This document shows positions 1-10,163 of a stretch of DNA of 64,000 nucleotides, one piece after another (within the stretch, counting starts at the first letter, position 1; each line of letters starts with the position of its first letter). Where the stretch lies: positions 16,180 to 80,179 of the forward strand of contig CAYZED010000004.1 of the NCBI GenBank assembly GCA_964477445.1. The letters are read 5' to 3'. The notes beneath the pieces are model-generated. The model made no database searches. It saw only the letters and a list, made by a program, of their open reading frames with translations, and was not told the origin of the DNA. The DNA is from an uncultured Clostridiaceae bacterium (GTDB taxonomy: Bacteria; Bacillota; Clostridia; Lutisporales; Lutisporaceae). A program made the translations under genes and the position numbers.

Positions 1-731
1 GCTTTTATATCGTCATATGAATCAATGTAAATTCTTGTTAAAGAAATATATGCCTCAATGGAATCCTTATTGTAACGAAAAACTGATTCTGCTACTTCTT
101 TAGCTTTCTCAAAATATGCCAACTCGCGATATGCCGAAGCTAGATTTAATATAGCGGGTACCATATCTTTCTTGAATTTTAGGATAGTTTCATAAGTGTC
201 CTTAGCTTTAACATAATCATAAGATCTCATGTATGTATTGCCGAGCTCAAAAATTCCTAAATAATCATCCGGAAATTTATCCGTATAATGAATTAAATCC
301 TTAATCAATTCATAAATATTTCCATCTCCATTCTTCTCAAGTATTATCTCAAGCTCATCGCTCACAGTAAGTTCTTTATCAATTTTTTTAAACAAAATTG
401 TGGATTTCTCAACTAAATTCGATGACAACTTCAAAGTAGATATTTTTAGAAGAGCCTTTTTCATATAATCAATTTTTCCATCTAAAAAAGCAGCTTCCGA
501 ATAGTAATACATTAAGTCAGTATTGTTTGGGTATTTTTCTGTTAAAGCTTTGTAATACTTAAAAGCTAACCCGTATGATTTGACTGATTTTTGTCTTTCT
601 CCAAGTGCAACATTCTTCTTAAAATCATTTCTATTAATTAGTCCAACAATAATAAATATTGAACATGTAATCAGCAATAAAATATTTAGCCAAACAAGTA
701 TTCTTTTTATTCTACCGAAAAAATTACCCAT
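1..731 (-). CDS. TPR-repeat protein with N-terminal membrane anchor (C-terminus lies beyond the window edge)
   Basis: Absent from the ORF track because it runs off the window. Minus-strand ATG at 731..729, then an uninterrupted frame to position 1. Translation MGNFFGRIKRILVWLNILLLITCSIFIIVGL (one hydrophobic helix), followed by TPR-like helices (LASAYRELAYFEKAKEVAESVF). Confidence 0.6.
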   Translation of the reverse strand, partial: MGNFFGRIKRILVWLNILLLITCSIFIIVGLINRNDFKKNVALGERQKSVKSYGLAFKYYKALTEKYPNNTDLMYYYSEAAFLDGKIDYMKKALLKISTLKLSSNLVEKSTILFKKIDKELTVSDELEIILEKNGDGNIYELIKDLIHYTDKFPDDYLGIFELGNTYMRSYDYVKAKDTYETILKFKKDMVPAILNLASAYRELAYFEKAKEVAESVFRYNKDSIEAYISLTRIYIDSYDDIK

Positions 732-924
732 TTCAGGACTCCTCTCTCATGATTTTAATTTTTAGTACTGAGTATTATGAATTTTAAAACAATATATTTA
801 CAGTTCAGCGTTATTACTATAAAATTACACTAAACTAGCTTATAATGAATGTATATCTATTATACACTAATATTTTATTCTTACCAATTTGTAAATGCTA
901 AATTATGTCAGTTAGGAGGGTGCT

Positions 925-1353
925 ATGGCTGTAATAAATTGTCCTATTTGCGGACGAATTTTCAATGATAATGATCAATATGCTGTTTGTCTATCCTGTA
1001 TTTTAAAATACCAGGAAGAGTTTTCGCGTGTAAGAGATACTCTTTATGATCACCCAGAGTATAACATTGTTCAAGTTTCAGAAGTTACTGATGTCCCTAT
1101 TTCTAGGCTTAAGCTTTTTCTTAAAGAAGGCCGTTTAATCGCTACAAACAATACATCTAGCTCTCTTCTAGCTTGTGAAGAATGTGGACAAGCTATCCAA
1201 ACTGGTTCTTTATGCTTAGGTTGCGAACAAAAGAAAAACTTAAATACAAAAAAAGGTGTTTATGTTGGCTCAAAACAAAGTACTAAAATGCACTCGCGCG
1301 ATAGCAAACCTTCAGCCACAAAAATTATAACAAATTCAAGGGAAAATAAGTAA
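925..1353 (+). CDS. YvyF/TIGR03826-like zinc-ribbon protein (flagellar-operon protein family)
   Basis: 142 aa. Two Cys pairs at each end (CPICG..CLSC and CEECG..CLGC) flank an HTH-like segment, as in B. subtilis YvyF. SD AGGAGG lies 5 nt upstream of the ATG. Confidence 0.5.
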   Translation: MAVINCPICGRIFNDNDQYAVCLSCILKYQEEFSRVRDTLYDHPEYNIVQVSEVTDVPISRLKLFLKEGRLIATNNTSSSLLACEECGQAIQTGSLCLGCEQKKNLNTKKGVYVGSKQSTKMHSRDSKPSATKIITNSRENK

Positions 1354-1414
1354 CTCAACTTACGAAATTAGTAGATATCTTTACAAAAAAGCATCGTTTT
1401 TTAGAAATCTCTCA

Positions 1415-4400
1415 TCAAACCCAAATCTCATCTGAGTGCCTAAAAAAGTATAAACATTTAGAATCTACCCGCTCTTTTGTAACTTTTTCAACTGCTCTTT
1501 TATACCATTCAAGCTGAACTCTATAACTATTTGCAATTTTTTCAACTGCTCCTTTTTCATAATAGTCTGTTTTGTAATCTAAAAGTATCCATTTCCCTTT
1601 TTCAAAGAACATACAGTCAATTATTCCTTGGAGTAAGGTTTCAGCATTTTTAGGCGAATCTGGATACCCCGCTTCTTTTGCTGGAATCATAATCTTGAAA
1701 GGTGCTTCTCTTAAAACGGTTTGACTATTTCTAATTCTTTTGCAAACATCTGATCTCAAAAAATTCTGAATCCAATCTATGTTTATTTCTTTTAAATCAC
1801 TTTCCTTTATCATTTCTCTTGATACTAAGCTATTGATAAAAGTAATTACGTTTTCTGGATCTGAATTGAAATCTAACATTTGCATAACAAAGTGCATTAA
1901 AGTTCCTTTTTCGGCAGAATTCAATCTTCTCTCAGATGACAAAAAAGTTGGTCTTTGTTCAAATTTCAATATTGGATTAATTGATTTATCTATTTCTAAA
2001 CTATCTTTATAGTTTTCAAATTCTAAAACCGAAGAATCATTTTTTTTCTTCTTTAGAGCTGTTACTGATATTTTCAATGGCCTTATTGTTTCTCCAATTT
2101 CCGGATAACTAAAATCTAATCTTCTGTCCACTTCCGTTTTTAAGAGCTCATAAGTACTAATATTCCCTTTTTCTTTTTCATTCTCATTTTCAATATTTTC
2201 ATTATTTTCTCTGTAAGCATAACTTATTTCATTATTTGCTATTACGTTTGCTTCCTCATGGCTATCATTTTGATTAATTTGCTCATCTCGATCATTTTTT
2301 TCTTCGCTTAAAGCACTTTCAACTTTTTCTATTATTTTGTAATTAGCATTATTATTCGCAACGTAAAGTAATAACCAGTCAAAAAAACTGTTTGAGTTCA
2401 AGCAAGCATATTCTGATATTTTTCCAATTAGTGTTGTTGTAGTGCTTTTTGCAATTTTATCATTAATTTTTTTCCCTGAACCTAAAATTATGAGTTTTTC
2501 TTTTGCTCTAGTAAGTGCTACATACATAATTCGCATTTCTTCAGATAAACTCTCACGTTTTATCTCGTATTTGATACTCTCTTTAACTATAGAGGAGTAT
2601 TTATAATTTTCTTCAATTCTAAATATGTCCGCACCAAATCCTAATTTACCATGAATTAGTAAGTTTGCTAGTGTATCTCGTCTATTGAACCGTTTCGATG
2701 TGTTTGCAAATATCACAATCGGGTATTCGAGCCCCTTACTCTTATGCACGCTCATAACAGAAACAATATTTTGTCCATGTCCACTAAGCTTTGCTTTGTC
2801 AGAGCCAATTTCTTTGTCAATTTGTTTTTCAAGGTATTTTACAAAGTTGAAAAGACCTTTATAACTTGTTTTCTCATAAAGTGCTGCCTTTTCATACATA
2901 AGTCTAAGATTGGCTTGTCTTTGTTTACCTTTTGGCAAAACAGTTGCAAAGTTGTACAAATTTGTCTCTTCATATAGCCACCACAATAACTTGTCCGACG
3001 ACAGATATTTCGATTCGCCTCGCCATTTATCTATTCTTTCTGTAAATTTTAAGCATTTTTCAGCAAGTAAGCTATCTTCATTTAACGATTCTAGGACTAC
3101 TAATTCATAAAAATTCATTTTTGTAATTTTTTGTTTGAATGTTATTGTATCTCGACTACGCAAAAGAACAAGTTCACTATCAGTAAAACCGAAAATAAAA
3201 GATCTCAAAACTGCTAAAATGGGAATGTCCTGAAGTGGATTGTCTAATATTTTTAGAAGTGAAAATACCAAAGATATCTCTAAACTCTCAAAATAACCTC
3301 CATCAACTTCCATATAGAATGGAATATCCTTTTTTATAAAAGATTCTTCCAACCTCTTATTAAACCCGCGTGGCGATCTCATCAGCACCGCAATATCTGA
3401 ATACTTAGCAGGTCTATATGAATTCGACTTATTATCCCAGACAGGGTATCCCTCATTAATTAATTCTGTAATAATCTTTGCAATATATTCGCTCTCTTCG
3501 TTAGTTATATCGTTTTTTTCTTCTATTCCATTTGACTTATTTATTTTATATTCATTACCTATTTCACTTTCTTCACTTTCAGGTTTTTCGCTTTCTATAA
3601 AATGAATTTCAACCCCTGGCTCTTTTTTAACGAATGATTTAGTCGATTTGATCTTCGAATACTCTTTCGGAAAAAGTGGATAATAGTTAGCACCAAATTT
3701 AAGTACCTCATCACCAGAGTAATCTATATCGCCTATTTTTTCGCTCATTATGGCGTTCATTATTGAATTAATTCCTTCAACTACTTCAATTCTACTTCTG
3801 AAGTTTTTGTTCAAAACTATAAGCCTTTCAGGCGCGCTTTCATCTTTACTAAATGACTTCATTTTACCTTTGAAAAGACTTGGATCTGCCTTTCTAAAGG
3901 CATAAATACTCTGTTTTAAATCCCCAACCATAAAAATATTTTGCTCTGGTTTAATCCTTCTAACCCTCGAAACGGATAAAATTACTTCCTCTTGGACAAA
4001 ATTAGAATCTTGATACTCATCAACATAAATCTCCTCGAATTGATTCCTATATTTTTCAGCTGCTAAGTTTTTCGAGCTGTCATAAAAAATCGTCAATGCC
4101 ATGTGTTCCATATCACTGTAATCAATAACGTTTAGATTCTTTTTTTTGTTTGTAAATTTTTTGTAAAAGACTTTTGTTAATTCGACTATATCACAACTAT
4201 GTTTAGCCACTTCATTCATTTCTGAAAAAAGCTCTTCACTGGATGCATAAAAGAAATTTTCGCTAATTGATTTTAGTTCTTTTTTATACAAATTCCTAAT
4301 TTCAACGACTCGTTCTTTAAGGTCGGAAGGAGCATTTTTCACAGGTTTTAGTCGATCAAAACTAATATCTTTTATTAAATCTCTAATATCGTCGAATTTT

Positions 4401-5290
4401 GAATATTCAATTGCTTCCAAAAGTGAAATCACATAATCTTTTTCAATATTAAAGTTAGGCAAATAAGGCTTTAGCGTATCTTCCGAATTAATTATATCAA
4501 TAGCTATTACCATTTCATCAACATTTTGTCTGAGGATAGTGTTGACAATACTTAGAATAGCTTTCCCTTGCTTGGTTTTAGCAAAGTCATCAGTTTCAGT
4601 AACATTTAACTCTAAAACAGCGTTTTCCATCCATTCTAAAGGCCATGCCTCATTCATTATCTGATTATAAACTCTAATCAATAGCTTTTTTAATTCATCA
4701 TCACTTCTGTTCCCTGCATATCTATCTAGTAATCTCATAAAACTCTCAGCTAGTTCGCTTTTTTCATCAAGATCCGGACCTTGATTTTGCCCTTGATCTG
4801 GATTTATGACTTTCTTTTCATCATTGTCTTCTGAATAGTGTTCATCATAGAGTTCATCAAAATACTCTTCTGCAGTTTCTTCTAATAGCATCTCAATTTC
4901 TATACTATCCGCTATTCTAAAAGATGGATCAATATCAATCATGTGAAAATTATCTCTTATGACTTGTAAGCAAAATGAGTGAATCGTCATAATCCAACTA
5001 TTATCAAGGAGAGCTAACTGACGTTTAATTCTTCCCGGAAAGCAACCTTCTTTTTCGAGCTTTCTAAGTTTTATTCCAAGACGCTCTCTCATTTCTGCTG
5101 CTGCCGCATTAGAAAACGTTACAATGAGCATTCTATCAATATCAATAGGGTTTTCTTCGTCAAATATTCTTCCGATTATTCTATCCACAAGTACTGATGT
5201 TTTCCCCGACCCAGCAGCCGCTGATATTAAAAGGCTTGCGTTACGTGAGCCAATTGCTGATTTTTGTTCGTTAGTTAAACTAAAACTCAC
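1415..5290 (-). CDS. addA: ATP-dependent helicase/nuclease subunit A (AddA)
   Basis: 1291 aa. UvrD-type Walker A AAAGSGKT, motifs TIHSF and VDEYQDSN, C-terminal PD-(D/E)xK nuclease LLDYKTD. Directly downstream of addB. Confidence 0.93.
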   Translation of the reverse strand: MSFSLTNEQKSAIGSRNASLLISAAAGSGKTSVLVDRIIGRIFDEENPIDIDRMLIVTFSNAAAAEMRERLGIKLRKLEKEGCFPGRIKRQLALLDNSWIMTIHSFCLQVIRDNFHMIDIDPSFRIADSIEIEMLLEETAEEYFDELYDEHYSEDNDEKKVINPDQGQNQGPDLDEKSELAESFMRLLDRYAGNRSDDELKKLLIRVYNQIMNEAWPLEWMENAVLELNVTETDDFAKTKQGKAILSIVNTILRQNVDEMVIAIDIINSEDTLKPYLPNFNIEKDYVISLLEAIEYSKFDDIRDLIKDISFDRLKPVKNAPSDLKERVVEIRNLYKKELKSISENFFYASSEELFSEMNEVAKHSCDIVELTKVFYKKFTNKKKNLNVIDYSDMEHMALTIFYDSSKNLAAEKYRNQFEEIYVDEYQDSNFVQEEVILSVSRVRRIKPEQNIFMVGDLKQSIYAFRKADPSLFKGKMKSFSKDESAPERLIVLNKNFRSRIEVVEGINSIMNAIMSEKIGDIDYSGDEVLKFGANYYPLFPKEYSKIKSTKSFVKKEPGVEIHFIESEKPESEESEIGNEYKINKSNGIEEKNDITNEESEYIAKIITELINEGYPVWDNKSNSYRPAKYSDIAVLMRSPRGFNKRLEESFIKKDIPFYMEVDGGYFESLEISLVFSLLKILDNPLQDIPILAVLRSFIFGFTDSELVLLRSRDTITFKQKITKMNFYELVVLESLNEDSLLAEKCLKFTERIDKWRGESKYLSSDKLLWWLYEETNLYNFATVLPKGKQRQANLRLMYEKAALYEKTSYKGLFNFVKYLEKQIDKEIGSDKAKLSGHGQNIVSVMSVHKSKGLEYPIVIFANTSKRFNRRDTLANLLIHGKLGFGADIFRIEENYKYSSIVKESIKYEIKRESLSEEMRIMYVALTRAKEKLIILGSGKKINDKIAKSTTTTLIGKISEYACLNSNSFFDWLLLYVANNNANYKIIEKVESALSEEKNDRDEQINQNDSHEEANVIANNEISYAYRENNENIENENEKEKGNISTYELLKTEVDRRLDFSYPEIGETIRPLKISVTALKKKKNDSSVLEFENYKDSLEIDKSINPILKFEQRPTFLSSERRLNSAEKGTLMHFVMQMLDFNSDPENVITFINSLVSREMIKESDLKEINIDWIQNFLRSDVCKRIRNSQTVLREAPFKIMIPAKEAGYPDSPKNAETLLQGIIDCMFFEKGKWILLDYKTDYYEKGAVEKIANSYRVQLEWYKRAVEKVTKERVDSKCLYFFRHSDEIWV

Positions 5291-8200
5291 TTATTCCACC
5301 GTCCCTTTCTCTTTTGGGATTTCTAACATATTCTCAAGCGCTTCTCCTTGAGAAATGGTTTTTAGATAATTATATTCATTTCCCATAATTGATGTGTCAA
5401 ATTTACATATTGATAAATATCCACAATTTGTGCATGCAATATCCTTATCTGCTAATATAGGTTTAGCAGAAATTTCTCCTCGCTTTATTGATTCAACCTC
5501 GCTAATTAGTTTTTCTCTTACAAATTCGCACACCCTATTAAAATCATTTAGTGCTAATGTCCCCTTAACGTCAGTGATATCCATACTTGATTCAGTTTTG
5601 TTTTCAAAATTCTCATCTAGCGCCGATAGAATATCCATATCATCTAAAGCTACTCCAGACATTTTAAGTTTCTTTGTAATTTCTTTTTCAACTTCCTCGA
5701 ATTCTGTAATTTTCCCTAAATTCAAAAGTGGTTCATCTAGTCTAAAATAAAGAGCTGCTCCTGGCTTTATTTCGTCGTTAATTTTTATGCAATCCATATA
5801 TCCAAAAAGTTGCAATTCTGTCCCATAATATACATCTGAGAACTTCATCTCTTTTCTTCCCGTTTTATAATCTACAATCCTCGCATACTTAAATCCATCT
5901 TTTTCATAAATATCAAGCCTGTCAATTCTTCCTCTTATTTTTAGGTGAGTCCCATCCGAAAGTTTCATTGTGGCCTCGCCGAGCTTTGTCCCTGTTCCAA
6001 AATCTAATTCGTTCCCAATATTCTTGAATTTACTGCTCTTAAAATGTTTGTTTATTAACTTTGATGCTCTTTTAGCTACCTTTTTTATTCTTCCAGCTAA
6101 ATACTTATATTTCGATTTTGCGGCTAATATTCCTTCTTCCGAAATTTTATCGCAAATCTTTTCTGTTATTTTAGTTACCTCTTCATCTGATAACTCGCCA
6201 GGTTTTTTGCCCATTTTTATTATTTCGCTCATTGTTACATAAATAATTTCATGCAAAATATTCCCTACGTTTATCATATCTAGTTTAAATACTTCTCTAT
6301 CTTTAGCGCTGAGTGCTGAACTTATAAACCAAGAAAAAGGGCACTTATTATAAGATTCCAATCTGCTAATTGAAGTCAAAAAATCTCCCCCAGACATCAA
6401 TTTCAATGCATCCCCTGAAATACCTAACGAGTTAGTTTTATATTCTGATGCCTCTTCAAGTTCATATAAAACATCCCTATATTTTTCAGACGAGTTAAAC
6501 CACTCTTTAGATAACATAAGTTCAGTGCTAACTACTTTGTCTTTAATTCTAGCGGATATCTTTGATAAGGTAGCTTGTGGAGAAGATATTTCATCAATGT
6601 TTTTTTCGCGCTCATACACTCCACTGGTAAATAATACTTCCGTATTCTCCAATTTCAATTCATTAACTAACTTAGCCGGCCTTTTTCCACTACCATTCAA
6701 ATCTCCAAGCGAATAACTAACAAAAATATTTTCAGATGGCGCATTTATACATTGATAAATGAGAAATTCTCTCTCAAAAGTTCCCGATTTCGAATCGGGT
6801 GCGAGTCTGAAACCTATCTTTTCTAGGAATTCTCTTTCCCTATCGTTTATAAGTCCTGAATCACTAATCGGAGTAGGAAAAACGCCTTCATTTGTACCTA
6901 TGATGAAAAGTGATTTAATTTTGTGATGTCTCGATCTATCTAAATCTCCAACAATTACTTGATCTACTGTGCTAGGTGCCATTCCTGGTGACATCTGCTC
7001 TAAGCCTAGCATTAACAGTTCTCCAAAAAGTTCAAATGAAATTAAATCATCGCCAGATATTAAAACCATTTCATTTACAATCTCTGTGAATGAAACCCAA
7101 ATTTTTTCCTGTAAGGTAGCTAATGAGACTTCTCCCTTCAGATTTAACAGACTAGCTTCTTCCGCCATTTTTTCAGATAGTTTAATCTCATCAACAAAAT
7201 CAAAAAAAACGCTTCCCAAGTCATTACATTTTTTCTCTCCCTTTGAGTACTCGAAAAGTTTTTTTAGTGGCGAAATAACCAATTCTCTAATTCTATTCAT
7301 TTCAGTTATCTCATCTAGGTTCACCTTTTTATTGTAAGATGTTCTTTCTAACCCTTTTTCCCAATATTTATCTTCCGAAAAATAATACCCTGTTAGTCCA
7401 AATTTCAGACAAAAATTCTCAAAAGCATCTAATTCATCGATAGTAATGTCATAATTTTCTGATTCACCTGCTATAAAACCTGATTTTAAATACTTAAAAA
7501 CGCTGTCATAAGACCATTTGCTTTCATATATCTTAAATAAACTCGAAATAATCGAAAGAATAGGGTGTGCCACAATTTTCTTTTTCAAATCGACAAATAC
7601 AGGTATTTCATAAAGCTTAAAAACATTCTCTAAGAATCTAGAGTATGTTTCTAAATCCCCTGTAACTACTGCAATCTCGTTAAATTTATGACTCTCATCT
7701 CTTACTAAGGTGATAATTTTTCTAGCCAACCAATCTAATTCATCCCAAACTTCTCTCGCTTCATAAATTTCTGTTTTTTTCGAGACAGATTTGCTTATTC
7801 CGTCCACTTTTAATATCTCAATTTTTTTTCCATTCATTTCTGAAATATTTTCTAAACGGCAAAACGTTTTTTTCGCTGCAACAAAGGTATCTTCTGGCAA
7901 TATATTGTCGAAATCACATACAAAATCTGTACATAGCGTTACTGTAACATTACACCCCACATTTTCCATCGATTCAATTACTTTAAGTTCTTGAGGCGTA
8001 AAATCTTTGAATCCATCAATCCAGAAAGATGGTTTATCTGAATCTGTATTATTTTCAAATGCTTTAATATAATCGGCTAATCTATTCAAATTATCATCAT
8101 CATCAGTAATTTCAGAAGTGATATACTTATCATATTCTTGAAAAAGTTTGGCTAATTCTAGAGTTCTTTCCTCTATCAAGCCCTCTGCAAAACCCACAGT

Positions 8201-8635
8201 CAGCTCATTTATAAAAGTCTCCACTTTAATATCGTATCGTTTAAACTCTCTAAACGTTTTTTCAACAGAAGATATAAACCCTCTTTTTTCGGAAGCGCCC
8301 TTTAATATGTTAAGTTTTTCAACATTTTTTCTCAAAATTTTGTCGATAATTAATACTCTTCCAACTTCGCTAATAGCCTCTTTGTATCTTCCATTTTTTG
8401 ATTCTCTCAGGCGCTCATAGTACCACTGAAAACTAAACACTTCTACTCCATTGAGCCCTAGTGCGCCAAAATACTCTATCGCTGTCAATTCTGATGACAA
8501 CGAGATTTGATCTGGAACAATATATATCAGACTTTTTGTTGTTTCCCCATACTCATGAAGCTTTAAATTGCCATCTATTTCCTCGAAACACAAGTTTGTT
8601 TTTCCGGTTCCTGCTGTACCTATTATAACTCTCAT
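5291..8635 (-). CDS. addB: ATP-dependent helicase/nuclease subunit B (AddB)
   Basis: 1114 aa. Walker A GTAGTGKT, RecB-like nuclease IVDYKTG, and the Cys set (YNKCPF ... CTNCGYLSIC) typical of the AddB Fe-S nuclease domain. Abuts addA with no gap. Confidence 0.92.
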   Translation of the reverse strand: MRVIIGTAGTGKTNLCFEEIDGNLKLHEYGETTKSLIYIVPDQISLSSELTAIEYFGALGLNGVEVFSFQWYYERLRESKNGRYKEAISEVGRVLIIDKILRKNVEKLNILKGASEKRGFISSVEKTFREFKRYDIKVETFINELTVGFAEGLIEERTLELAKLFQEYDKYITSEITDDDDNLNRLADYIKAFENNTDSDKPSFWIDGFKDFTPQELKVIESMENVGCNVTVTLCTDFVCDFDNILPEDTFVAAKKTFCRLENISEMNGKKIEILKVDGISKSVSKKTEIYEAREVWDELDWLARKIITLVRDESHKFNEIAVVTGDLETYSRFLENVFKLYEIPVFVDLKKKIVAHPILSIISSLFKIYESKWSYDSVFKYLKSGFIAGESENYDITIDELDAFENFCLKFGLTGYYFSEDKYWEKGLERTSYNKKVNLDEITEMNRIRELVISPLKKLFEYSKGEKKCNDLGSVFFDFVDEIKLSEKMAEEASLLNLKGEVSLATLQEKIWVSFTEIVNEMVLISGDDLISFELFGELLMLGLEQMSPGMAPSTVDQVIVGDLDRSRHHKIKSLFIIGTNEGVFPTPISDSGLINDREREFLEKIGFRLAPDSKSGTFEREFLIYQCINAPSENIFVSYSLGDLNGSGKRPAKLVNELKLENTEVLFTSGVYEREKNIDEISSPQATLSKISARIKDKVVSTELMLSKEWFNSSEKYRDVLYELEEASEYKTNSLGISGDALKLMSGGDFLTSISRLESYNKCPFSWFISSALSAKDREVFKLDMINVGNILHEIIYVTMSEIIKMGKKPGELSDEEVTKITEKICDKISEEGILAAKSKYKYLAGRIKKVAKRASKLINKHFKSSKFKNIGNELDFGTGTKLGEATMKLSDGTHLKIRGRIDRLDIYEKDGFKYARIVDYKTGRKEMKFSDVYYGTELQLFGYMDCIKINDEIKPGAALYFRLDEPLLNLGKITEFEEVEKEITKKLKMSGVALDDMDILSALDENFENKTESSMDITDVKGTLALNDFNRVCEFVREKLISEVESIKRGEISAKPILADKDIACTNCGYLSICKFDTSIMGNEYNYLKTISQGEALENMLEIPKEKGTVE

Positions 8636-8865
8636 AATTTACTCCTAGATGGCAGTTCACGCCTGTCTTTTACTTTAATCTCATTTAAATCAATAATCCT
8701 ATTTATTTTTTCTGAATCCTCAAAATTATATTTTATGCATATACCACACGAATTTGAAAATTCCCTTGGAGTTGGAGAAACGATATGGTAAACTCCAGCT
8801 TCATTTAGTCTTTTATCTAAGTGCATAGCTTCATTTGCATTTGGAAAAACGATATAATAATTCAT
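8632..8865 (-). CDS. DUF3343-like small protein
   Basis: 77 aa. The pattern FPNANEAMHLDKRL..GV..IVSPTPREFSNSCGICI resembles DUF3343 (putative S/Se carrier-like fold). Its stop overlaps the addB start by 4 nt (ATGA). Confidence 0.55.
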   Translation of the reverse strand: MNYYIVFPNANEAMHLDKRLNEAGVYHIVSPTPREFSNSCGICIKYNFEDSEKINRIIDLNEIKVKDRRELPSRSKL

Positions 8866-8978
8866 AAAGAACTTTGCTCCCTTATTTTGTTTTTATGTGG
8901 CTATAATCCACTAAAATTATCCCATACTTCAGACTTTTAGGCAATGAAACCGTATCGTAATGGTAGTAAAAGAAAAAC

Positions 8979-9209
8979 ATGAAAACAAAAATCTCGGAAT
9001 TATACTGTAGAAAGGAAAATATGGATTTGAAAACATATCGAAGGCGAGACTACGACGTAGAAATAGACGAAAGCGACAGACTAAAACAAATAGATAAAAA
9101 CTACGAAAAAAATTCGAACTTCACACCAAAAGCGGGAAAAATAAAAATTGAATTTGACTATGAAGAAGATCCATATGAACCAGAGAAGAAAGGAAAAAAA
9201 CAATGTTAA
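8979..9209 (+). CDS. hypothetical charged small protein (start uncertain; alternative ATG at 9021 has the better SD, AAAGGAAAA)
   Basis: ORF track only. Lys/Glu/Asp-rich with no recognisable motif. Overlaps the hflK start by 7 nt. Confidence 0.25.
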   Translation: MKTKISELYCRKENMDLKTYRRRDYDVEIDESDRLKQIDKNYEKNSNFTPKAGKIKIEFDYEEDPYEPEKKGKKQC

Positions 9210-10144
9210 ACAAAATACGAAACTTTGGGCTAAGTGGAATTGCCCTTATTATCCTCCTTGCTTTTTTTATCGCCAGTGGCTTTTACATCGTAAACTCTGG
9301 TGAAGAAGCCGTAATCCTTCGTTTTGGAAAATTTCAAACTGTAATTAGTGAAGCTGGTCCAAAATGGAGAATTCCGTTCATTGAAAAAGTTTATAAGGCA
9401 AACGTTAGTGAAATAAGTAGAATGGAATTCGGTTTTGAAACCAAATCAGAAGGCAGTACTACAAATAACGCAGAATATGTTGAAAAAACTGAAGAAGCAT
9501 TGATGCTTACTGGAGATGAAAGCCTAGCTCTTGTTGAGGTAATTATCCAATACAAAATTATTGATTCGAGAAAATACTTTTTTAATGTAGATGATCCTAT
9601 AGGAACTCTAAGAGTTGTTTCTGAATCTTCTATAAGACGCGCTATTGCAAGTCATAATTTAGATGAAGCCTTAACTGATAACAAATTTGGTATTCAGCAA
9701 GAAATAAAAGAAAATTTACAAAAAATATGTGATAAGTATCAAATAGGTATTGCCATTACTGCAATACAACTCCAAGATGTAAATCCACCATCAGAAGTCG
9801 ATGCTGCTTTTAGAGATGTTGCTAGTGCACTAGAAGATAAGACCAGCGAGATTAATAAAGCGACAAGTTATAGAAATGAAAAAATACCTGCGGCTAGAGG
9901 AAATGCCGCCCAAATGATTAATCAAGCTGAAGGATACAAGGCTTCAAGAATAGATTACGCTAAGGGTGATGTTGCAAATTTTATACAAATTCTTGAAAGA
10001 TACAAACAAGGAAAGCGTGTTACACGAACGCGTATGTATCTTGAAACAATGGAAGAGATTTTACCAGGAATAGAGAAATATATAGTATCTGGAGATGGTG
10101 GAACTCTAAAATTACTTCCCCTAAATGAAGCGTTAACAAAGTAA
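9203..10144 (+). CDS. hflK: FtsH protease modulator HflK (SPFH/band-7)
   Basis: 313 aa. N-terminal TM helix, SPFH core (EEAVILRFGKF...), Ala/Gln-rich coiled C-terminus. Paired with hflC. Confidence 0.85.
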   Translation: MLNKIRNFGLSGIALIILLAFFIASGFYIVNSGEEAVILRFGKFQTVISEAGPKWRIPFIEKVYKANVSEISRMEFGFETKSEGSTTNNAEYVEKTEEALMLTGDESLALVEVIIQYKIIDSRKYFFNVDDPIGTLRVVSESSIRRAIASHNLDEALTDNKFGIQQEIKENLQKICDKYQIGIAITAIQLQDVNPPSEVDAAFRDVASALEDKTSEINKATSYRNEKIPAARGNAAQMINQAEGYKASRIDYAKGDVANFIQILERYKQGKRVTRTRMYLETMEEILPGIEKYIVSGDGGTLKLLPLNEALTK

Positions 10145-10163
10145 AGGAAGGAGTCATTAAAAT

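Noticed and set aside
1415-8635. Large helicase-nuclease pair as a defence system
   Set aside because: The motifs and gene order identify housekeeping AddAB (the RecBCD analogue). No associated methylase, sensor or effector genes.
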